This document shows, in pieces, positions 53,503-64,000 of a stretch of 64,000 nucleotides of DNA. Made by a program: the position numbers and the translations under genes. The notes under the pieces are model-generated. The model saw nothing but the letters and a program-made list of their open reading frames with translations. It did no database searches and was not told the DNA's origin. The stretch is from Tubulanus polymorphus (taxonomy: Eukaryota > Animalia > Nemertea): the NCBI RefSeq assembly GCF_964204645.1, contig NC_134032.1, positions 14,620,275 to 14,684,274 on the forward strand, written 5' to 3'. Every line of letters starts with the position of its first letter. Within the stretch, counting starts at the first letter, position 1.

Positions 53503-54197
53503 TGAGGAGAGTGAGGGTAGAGTGAGTATGAACTGATGAGACCAGCTCTGATGAGGGGGGTGAGGGTAGAGTGAGTATGAACTGATGAGACCAGCTCTGA
53601 TGAGGGGAGTGAGGGTAGAGTGAGTACTTAAGAGACCAGCTCTGATGAGGGGGGTGAGGGTAGAGGGAGTACGTACCGAAGAGACCAGCGAGGGGAGTGA
53701 GGGTAGAGTGAGTACTTACTGAAGAGACCAGCTCTGATGAGGGGAGTGAGGGTAGAGTGAGTACGTACCGAAGAGACCAGCGAGGGGAGTGAGGGTAGAG
53801 GGGGTACTTACCGAAGAGACCAGCTCTGATGAGGGGGGTGATGGTAGAGGGAGTACTTACCGAAGAGACCAGCTCTGATGAGGGGAGTGTGGGTAGAGGG
53901 GGTACTTACCGAAGAGACCAGCTCTGATGAGGGGAGTGAGGGTAGAGTGAGTACTTACTGAAGAGACCAGCTCTGATGAGGGTAGAGGGAGTACGTACCG
54001 AAGAGACCAGCGAAGGGAGTGAGGGTAGAGGGGGTACTTACCCAAGAGACCAGCTCTGATGAGGGGAGTGAGGGTAGAGTGAATACTTACAGAAGAGACC
54101 AGCGAGGGGAGTGAGGGTAGAGGGATTAGAACTGAAGAGATCAGCTCTGATGAGGGGAGTGAGGGTAGAGGGAGTACTTACCGAAGAGACCAGCTCT
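53503..54197. repeat. About 47-52-bp tandem repeat spanning a TDRD7 exon/intron junction
   Basis: gagggtagagggagtacttaccgaagagaccagctctgatgagggga units. Confidence 0.93.
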
Positions 54198-54299
54198 AAA
54201 TGCTTGTCGCGGAAGAAGTCGGAATGAGGGATACAATGGACGGATATCTTCAAGATTCACCAAGTTGTAATCCCCAAAATCAACGAACAAAGCTGAGGC
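54182..54299 (-). CDS. TDRD7: TDRD7-like exon (Tudor, FVDFGD)
   Basis: cacag|ASALFVDFGDYNLVNLEDIRPLYPSFRLLPRQAFRAGLF G|gtaagt; 118 nt. Confidence 0.88.
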
Positions 54300-54344
54300 C
54301 TGTGAAAAAAACAAACATCAATTCATTTATAGGCAATAAGCTAA

Positions 54345-54735
54345 CCCAGTTCACAGTTGTGTGGGTTTAATTTGACTCAGGATCCAATTCCACAGATCTG
54401 TGGTTTTAATTTGATTCAAGATCCAGTTCCACAGTTGTGTGGGTTTAATTTGACTCAGGATCCAGTTCCACAGTTGTGTGGTTTTAATTTGACTCAGGAT
54501 CCAGTTCCACAGTTGTGTGGGTTTAATTTGACTCTGAACCCAGTTCACAGTTGTGTGGGTTTAATTTGACTCAGGACCCAGTTCACAGTTGTGTGGGTTT
54601 AATTTGATTCAGGATCCAGTTCCACAGTTGTGTAGGTTTAATTTGACTCTGAATCCAGTTCCACAGTTGTGTGGGTTTAATTTGACTCTGAATCCAGTTC
54701 CACAGTAGCGTTTAATTTGACACTGAATTCCACAT
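54345..54735. repeat. About 39-bp minisatellite
   Basis: gatccagttccacagttgtgtgggtttaatttgactcag. Confidence 0.93.
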
Positions 54736-54757
54736 GTGGATCAGATATCTCACCCAC

Positions 54758-54874
54758 CTTGCTACTGGCGATTAAGACACTTTTAATCATGACTCGATAC
54801 CAGATTCCTTCAAATTGTGCTGCATATAACTGGCTCCTTGGCTCGAGTTCATGAGGCATATCGGTGTATATACA
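54758..54874 (-). CDS. TDRD7: TDRD7-like exon (Tudor, WYRV)
   Basis: tttctag|CIYTDMPHELEPRSQLYAAQFEGIWYRVMIKSVLIASSK|gtgggt; 117 nt. Confidence 0.85.
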
Positions 54875-55216
54875 CTAGAAAACAAACACAAAGATAACAA
54901 TTATAAATTCACACCAAACCATTCACTTAAATAAACAGTTGAAAGCAGTTCTTCACATGTTTTTCAAATGCGATTCATGACAACAAACTATCAACGATAA
55001 AGATGATTTTCAAGAAAATTTCCTAGGCCAAGCTGCACTACGGCAAGCAACTTACTTTTAAAACGAATTTACCAAAAATTTCCAAGATTAGGGGAAATTT
55101 TTTGGTAAAAAATACCCAAATGTTTCCTTTGATATTGATATTTGATATTTCCTTTGATATTCTCAGATTTTTCGCGATATCTCGAAACTAAGGGAACCAA
55201 CGTTATGATATCTCAC

Positions 55217-55291
55217 CTGTGGAGAAGTGTAGAAATCTTTAATTTCTTGCATCAATAAAATCAGTGCATTGAGGTTCTCGAACAATACGCA
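55217..55291 (-). CDS. TDRD7: TDRD7-like exon
   Basis: tttttag|CVLFENLNALILLMQEIKDFYTSPQ|gtgaga; 75 nt. Confidence 0.85.
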
Positions 55292-55494
55292 CTAAAAAGA
55301 AAAAGGAAAAAAAAAAGAATTTTAATTCTTCGATATAACTTGAATAGAATCTGAAGTAGTAGTTGAACTAATTCATTATTCAGGATTCTAGTTCCTGGGT
55401 TCTTGGGTCCAATTTTACTGTGGGGTTAAAACGTTTCAAATTTACTAATTCTAAGTTTACTAAGGTCAAATTTAACTCGAGAACAATGAAATGG

Positions 55495-56097
55495 GATCCA
55501 GAACTGTGGAACTGAATTCTGAGCTGTCAAACCGGAACTGTGGAACTGGACCCAGAACTGCGGAACTGGACCCAGAACTGTGGAACTGGACCCAGAACTG
55601 TGGAACTGGACCCAGAACTGCGGAACTGGATCCAGAACTGTGGTACTGGACCCAGAACTGTGGAACTGGACCCAGAACTGCGGAACTAGACCCAGAACTG
55701 TGGAACTGGACCCAGAACTGCGGAACTGGACCCAGAACTGCGGAACTAGACCCAGAACTGCGGAACTAGACCCAGAACTGTGGAACTGGACCCAAAACTG
55801 TGGAACTGGACCCAGAACTGTGGAACTGGACCCAGAACTGCGGAACTGGACCCAGAACTGCGGAACTAGACCCAGAACTGCGGAACTAGACCCAGAACTG
55901 TGGAACTGGACCCAAAACTGTGGAACTGGACCCAGAACTGTGGTACTGGACCCAGAACTGTAGTACTGGACCCAGAACTGTGGAACTGGACCCAGAACTG
56001 TGGTACTAGATCCAGAACAGTGGAACTGGACCCAGAACTGTGGAACTGGACCCAAAACTGTGGAACTGGACCCAGAACTGCGGAAATGGACCCTGAA
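55495..56097. repeat. 20-bp minisatellite (reverse of 5090 family)
   Basis: cccagaactgtggaactgga. Confidence 0.96.
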
Positions 56098-56129
56098 CCA
56101 AATTCTGATAAAACACGATTTGAACTTAC

Positions 56130-56398
56130 GGTAAAGTTTCCCGGGTCACATGACCACATCACATGAACCTCCACAAACTCATCCTCGGGTAAATCGATAG
56201 AGTCAGGTAGAGACATTTCACCGGAGCAGATCCGTTCTCTGGAGCGAGAGGCAGCCGGAGTGGAGCATACGCTGCTTGTCGGTGTCCGTTCTCTGGAGTG
56301 AGAGGCAGCCGGAGTTGAACCTAAACTGCTAGTCGGTGTCCTTCGTTCAAAAACCTGACGAGCAGGCGTAGTTTCAGCTGAACTAATAGGTGGCGACA
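56130..56398 (-). CDS. TDRD7: TDRD7-like exon (S/T-rich linker and start of last extended Tudor)
   Basis: ttttcag|..SPPISSAETT...LPEDEFVEVHVMWSCDPGNFT|gtaagt; 269 nt. Confidence 0.85.
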
Positions 56399-56482
56399 CT
56401 GAAAATTTAAACGATGATATTACACGTTAGGTTGAGGTTTTTTCAAACGATGTTTATCAACGGGGTTCAGACTTCTGCCTAC

Positions 56483-56592
56483 CAACGGTTGCTAAACGAT
56501 TATCATTATCGTCCAGTTCCACTTTACTCAAAGCTTCAGCGACTAGTTCAGCATCAACACCAGCAGCGACCTCTTCATCAGACACATCATCA
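56483..56592 (-). CDS. TDRD7: TDRD7-like exon (acidic linker)
   Basis: ttgtag|T DDVSDEEVAAGVDAELVAEALSKVELDDNDNRLATV G|gtaggc. Needed to reconcile the phase-2 and phase-1 neighbours. Confidence 0.72.
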
Positions 56593-56974
56593 CTACAATA
56601 TCAGAATAGTGTCGATATATCTATCTGTCTCTTGAGGGAGCGACTCAGTAAGAGAAATTAGATAGAAAGTCAGAGTGAGGGGAGGGAGTGAAGGGAGGGA
56701 GTGAGGGAAGGGAGTGAGGGGAGGGAGGGAGATGAGGGGTAGGGAGGGATAGGAAAGAAGAGAGGAGAGAAGAGAGGATGGAGAGATAGGGAAAGGAGAG
56801 AAGAGGGTGGGAGAGGAGGGAGGGAGAGATAGGGTGAGGAGAGAGAGGGAGAGATAGGTAAAGGAAAGAAGAGAGGAGATGGGATGGAGATATAGGGAAA
56901 AGAAAGAGATTAGAGGGAGGGAGAGATAGGGAAAGGAGAGGAGAGAGGAGAGAAGAGAGGGATCAAGAAAGGAG

Positions 56975-58016
56975 GAGTAAAGGAAAGAAGAGAGGAGATT
57001 GATTTTAGAAGGGGATCAGTGTGCCGCGAGAGAGGAAAGGGAGAGATCGGTAAAGGAAAGAAGAGAGGAGATCGATTTTAGAAGGGGATCAGTGTACCGC
57101 GAGAGAGGAGAGGGAGAGATAGGTAAAGGAAAGAAGAGAGGAGATTGATTTTAGAAGGGGATCAGTGTGCCGCGAGAGAGGAGAGGGAGAGATAGGTAAA
57201 GGAAAGAAGAGAGGAGATTGATTTTAGAAGGGGATCAGTGTGCCGCGAGAGAGGAGAGGGAGAGATAGGTAAAGGGAAGAAGAGAGATCGGTTTTAGAAG
57301 GGGATCGGTGTGCCGCGAGAGAGGAGAGATAGGTAAAGGAAAGAAGAGAGGAGATCGGTTTTAGAATGGGATCAGTGTGCCGCGAGAGAGGAGAGATAGG
57401 TAAAGGGAAGAAGAGAGGAGATCGGTTTTAGAAGGGGATCAGTGTGCAGCGAGAGAGGAGAGGGAGAGATAGGTAAAGGGAAGAAGAGAGGAGATCGGTT
57501 TTAGAAGGGGATCAGTGTGCAGCGAGAGAGGAGAGGGAGAGATAGGTAAAGGGAAGAAGAGAGGAGATTGATTTTAGAAGGGGATCAGTGTGCAGCGAGA
57601 GAGGAGAGATAGGTAAAGGAAAGAAGAGAGGAGATTGATTTTAGAAGGGGATCAGTGTGCCGCGAGAGAGGAGAGGGAGAGATAGGTAAAGGGAAGAAGA
57701 GAGGAGATTGATTTTAGAAGGGGATCAGTGTGCAGCGAGAGAGGAGAGATAGGTAAAGGAAAGAAGAGAGGAGATTGATTTTAGAAGGGGATCAGTGTGC
57801 CGCGAGAGAGGAGAGGGAGAGATAGGTAAAGGAAAGAAGAGAGGAGATCGGTTTTAGAAGGGGATCAGTGTGCAGCGAGAGAGGAGAGGGAGAGATAGGT
57901 AAAGGAAAGAAGAGAGGAGATCGGTTTTAGAAGGGGATCAGTGTGCAGCGAGAGAGGAGAGGGAGAGATAGGTAAAGGGAAGAAGAGAGGAGATTGATTT
58001 TAGAAGGGGATCAGTA
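56975..58016. repeat. About 65-72-bp purine-rich minisatellite
   Basis: gattttagaaggggatcagtgtgccgcgagagaggagagggagagataggtaaaggaaagaagagaggag. Confidence 0.93.
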
Positions 58017-58021
58017 CTTAC

Positions 58022-58143
58022 TACACGAATAGATCGTTATCGTCGAGTAACGTCTGCCCGACGGATATATAATCATTATCTGCTTCATTCAGAATGAAGA
58101 ATGAGACTTCGGTCGGACTGGTGTCAGTTGCTTTGCTGGCTAC
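58022..58143 (-). CDS. TDRD7: TDRD7-like exon
   Basis: (ta)n tag|VASKATDTSPTEVSFFILNEADNDYISVGQTLLDDNDLFV TA|gtaagt; phase 2. Confidence 0.8.
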
Positions 58144-58404
58144 CTATATATATATATATATATATATAAACACAAATCAGAAATCAGACAAGCAATGAAT
58201 TTGACATAGTACTAAAAAACTAAAAATTGTAAAAATTGAAAGTTGAACGCTTTACTGGCTACCTATATAAACACAAATCAGAAATCAGACAAGCAATGAA
58301 TTTGACATTCTACTACAAACTAAAAAATCAAGTTGAACCGGATCAGGAGTGGCTACAGCAGCCCACCGTTTGAGTATCAACACACAGTGATTGAATGATT
58401 TTAC

Positions 58405-58515
58405 CTTGATCGGAATTTCTTCGTCTGTTTGTATGAGTTCTTTCAGTCGCGTTACGGCTTTCGACGTCCACACTCCGTCTGCCGGTGGAACGCCGTACAT
58501 TACACACTCTAGAGC
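58405..58515 (-). CDS. TDRD7: TDRD7-like exon
   Basis: ttacag|ALECVMYGVPPADGVWTSKAVTRLKELIQTDEEIPIK|gtaaaa; 111 nt. Confidence 0.88.
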
Positions 58516-58550
58516 CTGTAACAAACGCAGCAGACGAACATTTACAGTAA

Positions 58551-58718
58551 GGGGTCATTCATTTATTACGTACGCATTAGGAGAAGGGGGTAGGGGTCAG
58601 TGCAATTGCGTACTGTAATGATTAATGTATATGAAAAAATGGCCGATTTTGCTTACAGGGGGGGGAGGGGGGGTTGAAAAATTCAAATTTTATGCGTACG
58701 TAATAAATGAATGATCCC
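58551..58718. mobile_element. PIF/Harbinger-like MITE
   Basis: TAA|ggggtcattcatttattacgtacgcat...atgcgtacgtaataaatgaatgatccc|TAA. Confidence 0.85.
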
Positions 58719-58827
58719 TAATTGAGCGAACGACTAAGTTATAGGACATAGCGTCCTCTAAAACCCGAGTTGATTCGTGACCTGATTCCATACAGCCGGT
58801 AAATACAATGCAAGATTTAAATCAATA

Positions 58828-59338
58828 CAGGGTTCCTACAGATCAGTCATTCCAGAATTCAAGGACTTTTCAAAGAGTTTTCAAGGAGAATATTTCAAAG
58901 TTCGAGGAGTGTATGTATCAGTTTCATATCCCAATCAAAGTAAACTCCTCCTAAATCGGTACGATTTAATTCGGTAGATCACGATTGATAGAACACTATA
59001 TCCGTGTTGACGCGATGTAGAGAGAATCCCACAATTATAATAAAAAATTAGGAAGATAATTCTTATTCCTGAAGATGACTATTAGGATATAGTCGAAACG
59101 TTGAAATAAACTACTATCTCGAAGTTTCATTTTCGGACTTTTTATTATCATTGTGGGATACTCTCTACAATTCGGTGGAATCTTGTGAATATATAAGCTA
59201 GCTCTAGAGCCAAAAAATTCCAAATTTCTCAAAATTCAAAAGGAGTTTTCAAGGACTTTTGGGTATTTTGCTCAAATTCAAGGATATTCATGGACCTTGA
59301 AAAATACTTTTGGTTTTGAAGGAGTCGTAGGGACCCTG
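58828..59338. mobile_element. TA-flanked MITE (Tc1/mariner-like ends)
   Basis: TA|cagggttcctac...gtagggaccctg|TA. Related degenerate pieces near 2340-2390, 34780 and 61420-61840. Confidence 0.65.
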
Positions 59339-59457
59339 TAATAAATGACCGTGTTATAATTTTGTTCCGACTGGCAGACGTGACATCACGAGCAAGGTGT
59401 TTATAGGCAGACGTTAGTCAAGAGGAATCTAAATCGAGTAATTTTAAGATACAGTAC

Positions 59458-59559
59458 CTGGTAGGGTAACGTCATGTGGGAGCCGCAGTTATCGGCAACA
59501 CGTAGCTCGGTGAAATCGACCACTTCAGAATTACCGTAATCAACAAAATACACTTCGGC
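59458..59559 (-). CDS. TDRD7: TDRD7-like exon (Tudor core, FVDYGN)
   Basis: tttcag|AEVYFVDYGNSEVVDFTELRVADNCGSHMTLPYQ|gtactg; 102 nt. Confidence 0.9.
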
Positions 59560-59624
59560 CTGAAACATAATAAACATTCCAGTTATATAAAATTCAAATT
59601 TCAGATGATTTAAAACCAAGCATA

Positions 59625-61086
59625 GGGTTGACTTGTAACAGGCTCCAGAGGTGGGGAGGGGGTGGGGCAGTGTAGGTTGACATGTATAGATCAGTTCTAA
59701 CAGGTTCGAGATGGGGGGAGGGGGTGGGGCAGTGTAGGTTGACATGTATAGATCAGTTCTAACAGGTTCCAGGCGGGGGAGGGGGTGGGGCAGTGTAGGT
59801 TGACATGTATAGATCAGTTGTAACAGGCTCCAGAGGTGGGGAGGGGTGGGGCAGTGTAGGTTGACATGTATAGATCAGTTGTAACAGGCTCCAGAGGTGG
59901 GGAGGGGTGGGGCAGTGTAGGTTGACATGTATAGATCAGTTCTAACAGGCTCCAGAGGTGGGGAGGGGGTGGGGCAGTGTAGGTTGACATGTATAGATCA
60001 GTTCTAACAGGTTCCAGGCGGGGGAGGGGGTGGGGCAATGTAGGTTGACATGTATAGATCAGTTGTAACAGGCTCCAGAGGTGGGGAGGGGGTGGGGCAG
60101 TGTAGGTTGACATGTATAGATCAGTTGTAACAGGCTCCAGAGGTGGGGAGGGGGTGGGGCAGTGTAGGTTGACATGTATAGATCAGTTGTAACAGGCTCC
60201 AGAGGTGGGGAGGGGGTGGGGCAGTGTAGGTTGACATGTATAGATCAGTTGTAACAGGCTCCAGAGGTGGGGAGGGGGTGGGGCAGTGTAGGTTGACATG
60301 TATAGATCAGTTGTAACAGGCTCCAGATGGGGGGAGGGGGTGGGGCAGTGTAGGTTGACATGTATAGATCAGTTCTAACAGGTTCGAGATGGGGGGAGGG
60401 GGTGGGGCAGTGTAGGTTGACATGTATAGATCAGTTGTAACAGGTTCCAGGCGGGGGAGGGGGTGGGGCAGTGTAGGTTGACATGTATAGATCAGTTGTA
60501 ACAGGCTCCAGAGGTGGGGAGGGGTGGGGCAGTGTAGGTTGACATGTATAGATCAGTTGTAACAGGCTCCAGAGGTGGGGAGGGGTGGGGCAGTGTAGGT
60601 TGACATGTATAGATCAGTTCTAACAGGCTCCAGAGGTGGGGAGGGGGTGGGGCAGTGTAGGTTGACATGTATAGATCAGTTGTAACAGGTTCCAGAGGTG
60701 GGGAGGGGATGGGGCAGTGTAGGTTGACATGTATAGATCAGTTCTAACAGGTTCCAGATGGGGGGAGGGGTGGGGCAGTGTAGGTTGACATGTATAGATC
60801 AGTTCTAACAGGTTCCAGATGGGGGGAGGGGGTGGGGCAGTGTAGGTTGACATGTATTGATCAGTTGTAACAGGTTCCAGGTGGGGGGAGGGGGTGGGGC
60901 AGTGTAGGTTGACATGTATAGATCAGTTCTAACAGGTTCCAGATGGGGGGAGGGGGTGGGGCAGTGTAGGTTGACATGTAAAGATCAGTTCTAACAGGTT
61001 CCAGATGGAGGGAGGGGTGGGGCAGTGTAGGTTGACATGTAAAGATCAGTTCTAACAGGTTCCAGATGGGGGGAGGGGGTGGGGCA
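59625..61086. repeat. About 62-bp G-run minisatellite x about 23
   Basis: caggctccagaggtggggagggggtggggcagtgtaggttgacatgtatagatcagttgtaa. Confidence 0.96.
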
Positions 61087-61164
61087 CTAGGCGATCCTAG
61101 CATATTGATTTTATGGAATTCAGGCTTAACAAATTAAAATTATTAATTATCATTATTCACGAAC

Positions 61165-61284
61165 CGTTCGATCGGTGAAGATCTGTTTGATTTCAGCTCG
61201 GTACCACGAGTTATCAACGGAATAACGAGCCACGACGACGAGACCGGGTCGCGGAGATTTAACGTACTCATCAGCGCGAGATGG
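61165..61284 (-). CDS. TDRD7: TDRD7-like exon (Tudor core, WYRA)
   Basis: PSRADEYVKSPRPGLVVVARYSVDNSWYRAEIKQIFTDRT|gttcgt; 120 nt. Confidence 0.88.
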
Positions 61285-62026
61285 CTACAATAACAGAACA
61301 AAAACACAAATTCAATTTAGTCATAGTCTCTGAGGTCTGTATAATAGAATACTTGTTTTATTGATTCATTTTCATAATCTATCGAAAAGCTCTTTCGTAC
61401 ATCTTTTAACTCAAGCAAGGTGCCTACGGATCGGTCATTCTTGGATATAAGGAGTTTACAAGCAGGGCCCCTACAGATCGGTCATTCCTGGATATAAGGA
61501 GTCCCTATAGATCGGTCATTCCTGGATATAAGGAGTCCCTACGGATCGGTCATTCCTGGATATAAGCTGCCAATCTATATTCTTTCAACAACTAAACTCA
61601 GTTTCTAATTCGTTTAACCACCTAATCGGTTAAAAAAAATCCTAATCCCAACCGTAGCGATTCAGGCAATTTAGGCATTATCTACCGAACAACTAAAAAC
61701 ATTTCTAATTGCTTATTTCTCAAAATTGAATTGAGTTTTAAAGGAATTTTGGGAATTTTGCTCTAATTAAAGGAGTTTCAAGCACCTTTTTAAAGGTTTT
61801 TCGAGTTTTTTAAGGAATCAAGGAATCATAGGGACCCAGTCAAGTAATCTTTCCGAATAACATATTAAAATCGATAATCCTAGGCAATCGATTCCCAAGG
61901 CAGACGCAAACAGCTTATATACTGCTCAAACTTCAATTTATCTGTGGCAGCCATCTTCAGAAAATTAAAAGAAAACAGACAGTATTAAAAAATTCTGCGA
62001 AGATCACGGTTAGCTTCAATACGCAC

Positions 62027-62158
62027 CTTCGAGAAATGTTTTTCGATATCCTGCATCAACAGATCGAGTCGTTTGATACCCGGGTGATTGGCTATTTGAA
62101 CATGAATTAAACCGTTATCAGCGACGTGTGTGACGACAACCTCTAGAATGCCACCCTC
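62027..62158 (-). CDS. TDRD7: TDRD7-like exon
   Basis: tttctag|EGGILEVVVTHVADNGLIHVQIANHPGIKRLDLLMQDIEKHFSK|gtgcgt; 132 nt. Confidence 0.85.
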
Positions 62159-62705
62159 CTAGAAATACACAAAATATTAACAATTTATCCTAGAAATACA
62201 TGGAATATGAATACTTAAACCTGGAAATTTTTGACTAATCACTTCGCTTTCAATATCATAAACTCGAATAGCAATGTTTTAAAGTTTCGCAAATATTTTT
62301 CTAGATTTTTCTAATTGCGTGAGTTTTCGAGGAAAGGATGAACCCCGATACAAATTGACCATCCTCCCTCGGCAGGGATTAGAACCAGATAGAATCGTTA
62401 GAGTTAGCAATGGCATGACCCCCTGCCAGAGTAGACCCGGTGCGCAGGGACATGCGCAGCTTTGCTGCACGAAAACTTGCTGCACCAATCAGATCGCTCG
62501 TTGTATAATCGCTTAGGTAAATTTCACGGTGGAACTATAAGTGGGAAAACCCAGGCTAAAATAAAACAGGATTTCTGATTGGTTAATAATGACATCATCT
62601 AAGCTGCGCATGTGGTCTAGTGTGGCAGGGTTTCGTACCGCGGCAATCTCAATGTCATCAGGTTCGAATCCCAGCCGGGGGAGGTAAGAAATTGACGGGA
62701 AATAC

Positions 62706-62933
62706 CTCCGGTAAAACTGGACTAAACTCTTCGTCGTTGACCGTGTTAGTGATTAGATCGTTGACATTGACGTCTGCTGCAGTAGACGTATCGTACAGTA
62801 ACACCGACAGACGATCCGACCGATCTAAAACCTCAGCTATGAATGTTTTATTCAGCAGTATCTGAATAAGGGTCTCGATGACGCTGTCTTTCTCGTTGAA
62901 ATCCTCGAGTCCGGCCAGCGAGCACGTCACCGC
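62706..62933 (-). CDS. TDRD7: TDRD7/Tapas-like Tudor protein, first visible exon (gene begins beyond right edge)
   Basis: ttccag|AVTCSLAGLEDF...KTFIAEVLDRSDRLSVLLYDTSTAADVNVN...PE|gtattt. Resembles my recollection of vertebrate TDRD7 'CKLAGLE...VLYDTSGEDDININ'. Confidence 0.8.
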
Positions 62934-63589
62934 CTGGAATAATAAACGAAAAACATTTTAATCAACTCAGTTTAAAACAGTAACTGATTAAACATAACCA
63001 ACTTAACTCTGTTTTGAGGGTAACTGTTCTCCAGAGATATCATTCTGTTTTGAGGATTACACGTTCACTACCACCCTGATAATACAGTGCTGCCCCCTAG
63101 AGTTCTACTTCGAATTTACTCCTATGTTGCCAATACAGCTATATCGTAGTGCACTATCGTTCAAATATTGACCAATCAGCACCGATTGAATTTTTTCTGT
63201 AGCAGCTAATTTTGGTTGAATAAACTAATTTCAAACGTGAGTATAAAAATTTGTTTGATTACTACATATTATATGAAGATTAACATATTTGAGGAGGACA
63301 CCCTCGGGCCCTAAGAGCTGTATCTGAAGGGGGATGCCCTCGGTTGCAACTGGAAGAACAATTGTGTCCGCTGAAACATGAATGCGCTAGGGAATAGACA
63401 GGTTTCTGCTACCGCGTCGCAACAAGTTGCTTGAGGTTGTAAGGCAGACCAACGCTAAATTCCAACAAACAAACAAACAAACAATACAAAATTGAAATCA
63501 ATGAGAGCAAACTCAAATTTATTACCATATACTACAATATATGAGCGAATGATGAAGGAAATCAGAAAGAGAAAGAAAATCCTGGGTCG

Positions 63590-63786
63590 TTGCGCGTATT
63601 GTTAGTTACCAGTATTTCATTATGATTGACAAGTGCTGCCATTTTTCAAGAGGATAATTACTAATTGCATCAATACACCGCAGTGCGATGTTTTTCAAGA
63701 GGATAATTACTAATTACATCAATACACCGCAGTGCGATGTACTAGCAAAATCCATCACTGATTTATACACCGCACTGAAAGGTTTA
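63590..63786. mobile_element. Partial piggyBac-like MITE
   Basis: Same internal sequence (gtgctgccatttttcaag, caatacaccgcagtgcg) and gcactgaaagg terminus. Confidence 0.7.
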
Positions 63787-63839
63787 AGTAAAGTTATTCA
63801 GCACTGATTTATACACCGCGCTGAAAGGTTCAAGTAAAG

Positions 63840-64000
63840 TTATTCAGCACTGATTTGTACGACTTGCCACAATTCAATATCTTCCTCTAAACTGCCTCCG
63901 TAGGCGACCGTTTCATGCCAAATTTTCTCCAATTTCAAATTCGCTTTTTTCGCTATTTCGGCGAGAATTTCCATGAATCCTAAACCGCTACCGAAACAGA
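63840..64000 (-). CDS. 3' end of a third, divergent paralog of the same methyltransferase family (truncated by window edge)
   Basis: Manual translation from 63998: CFGSGLGFMEILAEIAKKANLKLEKIWHETVAYGGSLEEDIELWQVVQISAE*. Aligns to the copy A C-terminus AFSAAYGILKVLDDKAKKANLKLKKIWHE...DLELWEVLPISDK* (about 24/52 identical). Confidence 0.85.
   Translation of the reverse strand, partial: CFGSGLGFMEILAEIAKKANLKLEKIWHETVAYGGSLEEDIELWQVVQISAE

Noticed and set aside
62706-64000. Writer-reader link between the nested MTase and Tudor (methyl-arginine reader) host
   Set aside because: The full-length paralogs lack PRMT double-E and THW motifs and also sit in EXT1, so proximity is not evidence of a shared pathway.

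Overview
AT-rich, repeat-laden genomic DNA from an intron-rich invertebrate animal; no prokaryotic features are visible. Three spliced genes lie on the minus strand. (1) The first coding exon of an SLC22-family organic cation transporter (3767-4228), which continues off the left edge. (2) A complete 8-exon exostosin-1 gene (EXT1, 50521->19546, 769 aa by manual splicing) with a 21.7-kb first intron. (3) The 3' 12 exons of a TDRD7/Tapas-like Tudor gene (62933->53240). The most unusual content is a family of intronless class I SAM methyltransferases with a variant 'DLIFWHVPY' motif IV, nested in same-strand introns of these hosts. Two about 96%-identical copies sit in EXT1 intron 1. A divergent third paralog (about 45% identical over its visible C-terminus, absent from the ORF track) starts beyond the right edge inside a TDRD7 intron. 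Introns and spacers hold many MITEs (P/hAT-like with 8-bp TSDs, piggyBac-like TTAA, Harbinger-like CWG/TAA, Tc1-like TA), a tRNA-derived SINE, LINE relics and minisatellites. Several minisatellites derive from MITE termini, carry CTCF-like motifs, or duplicate splice sites. All calls come from reading the sequence by eye; no searches were run.
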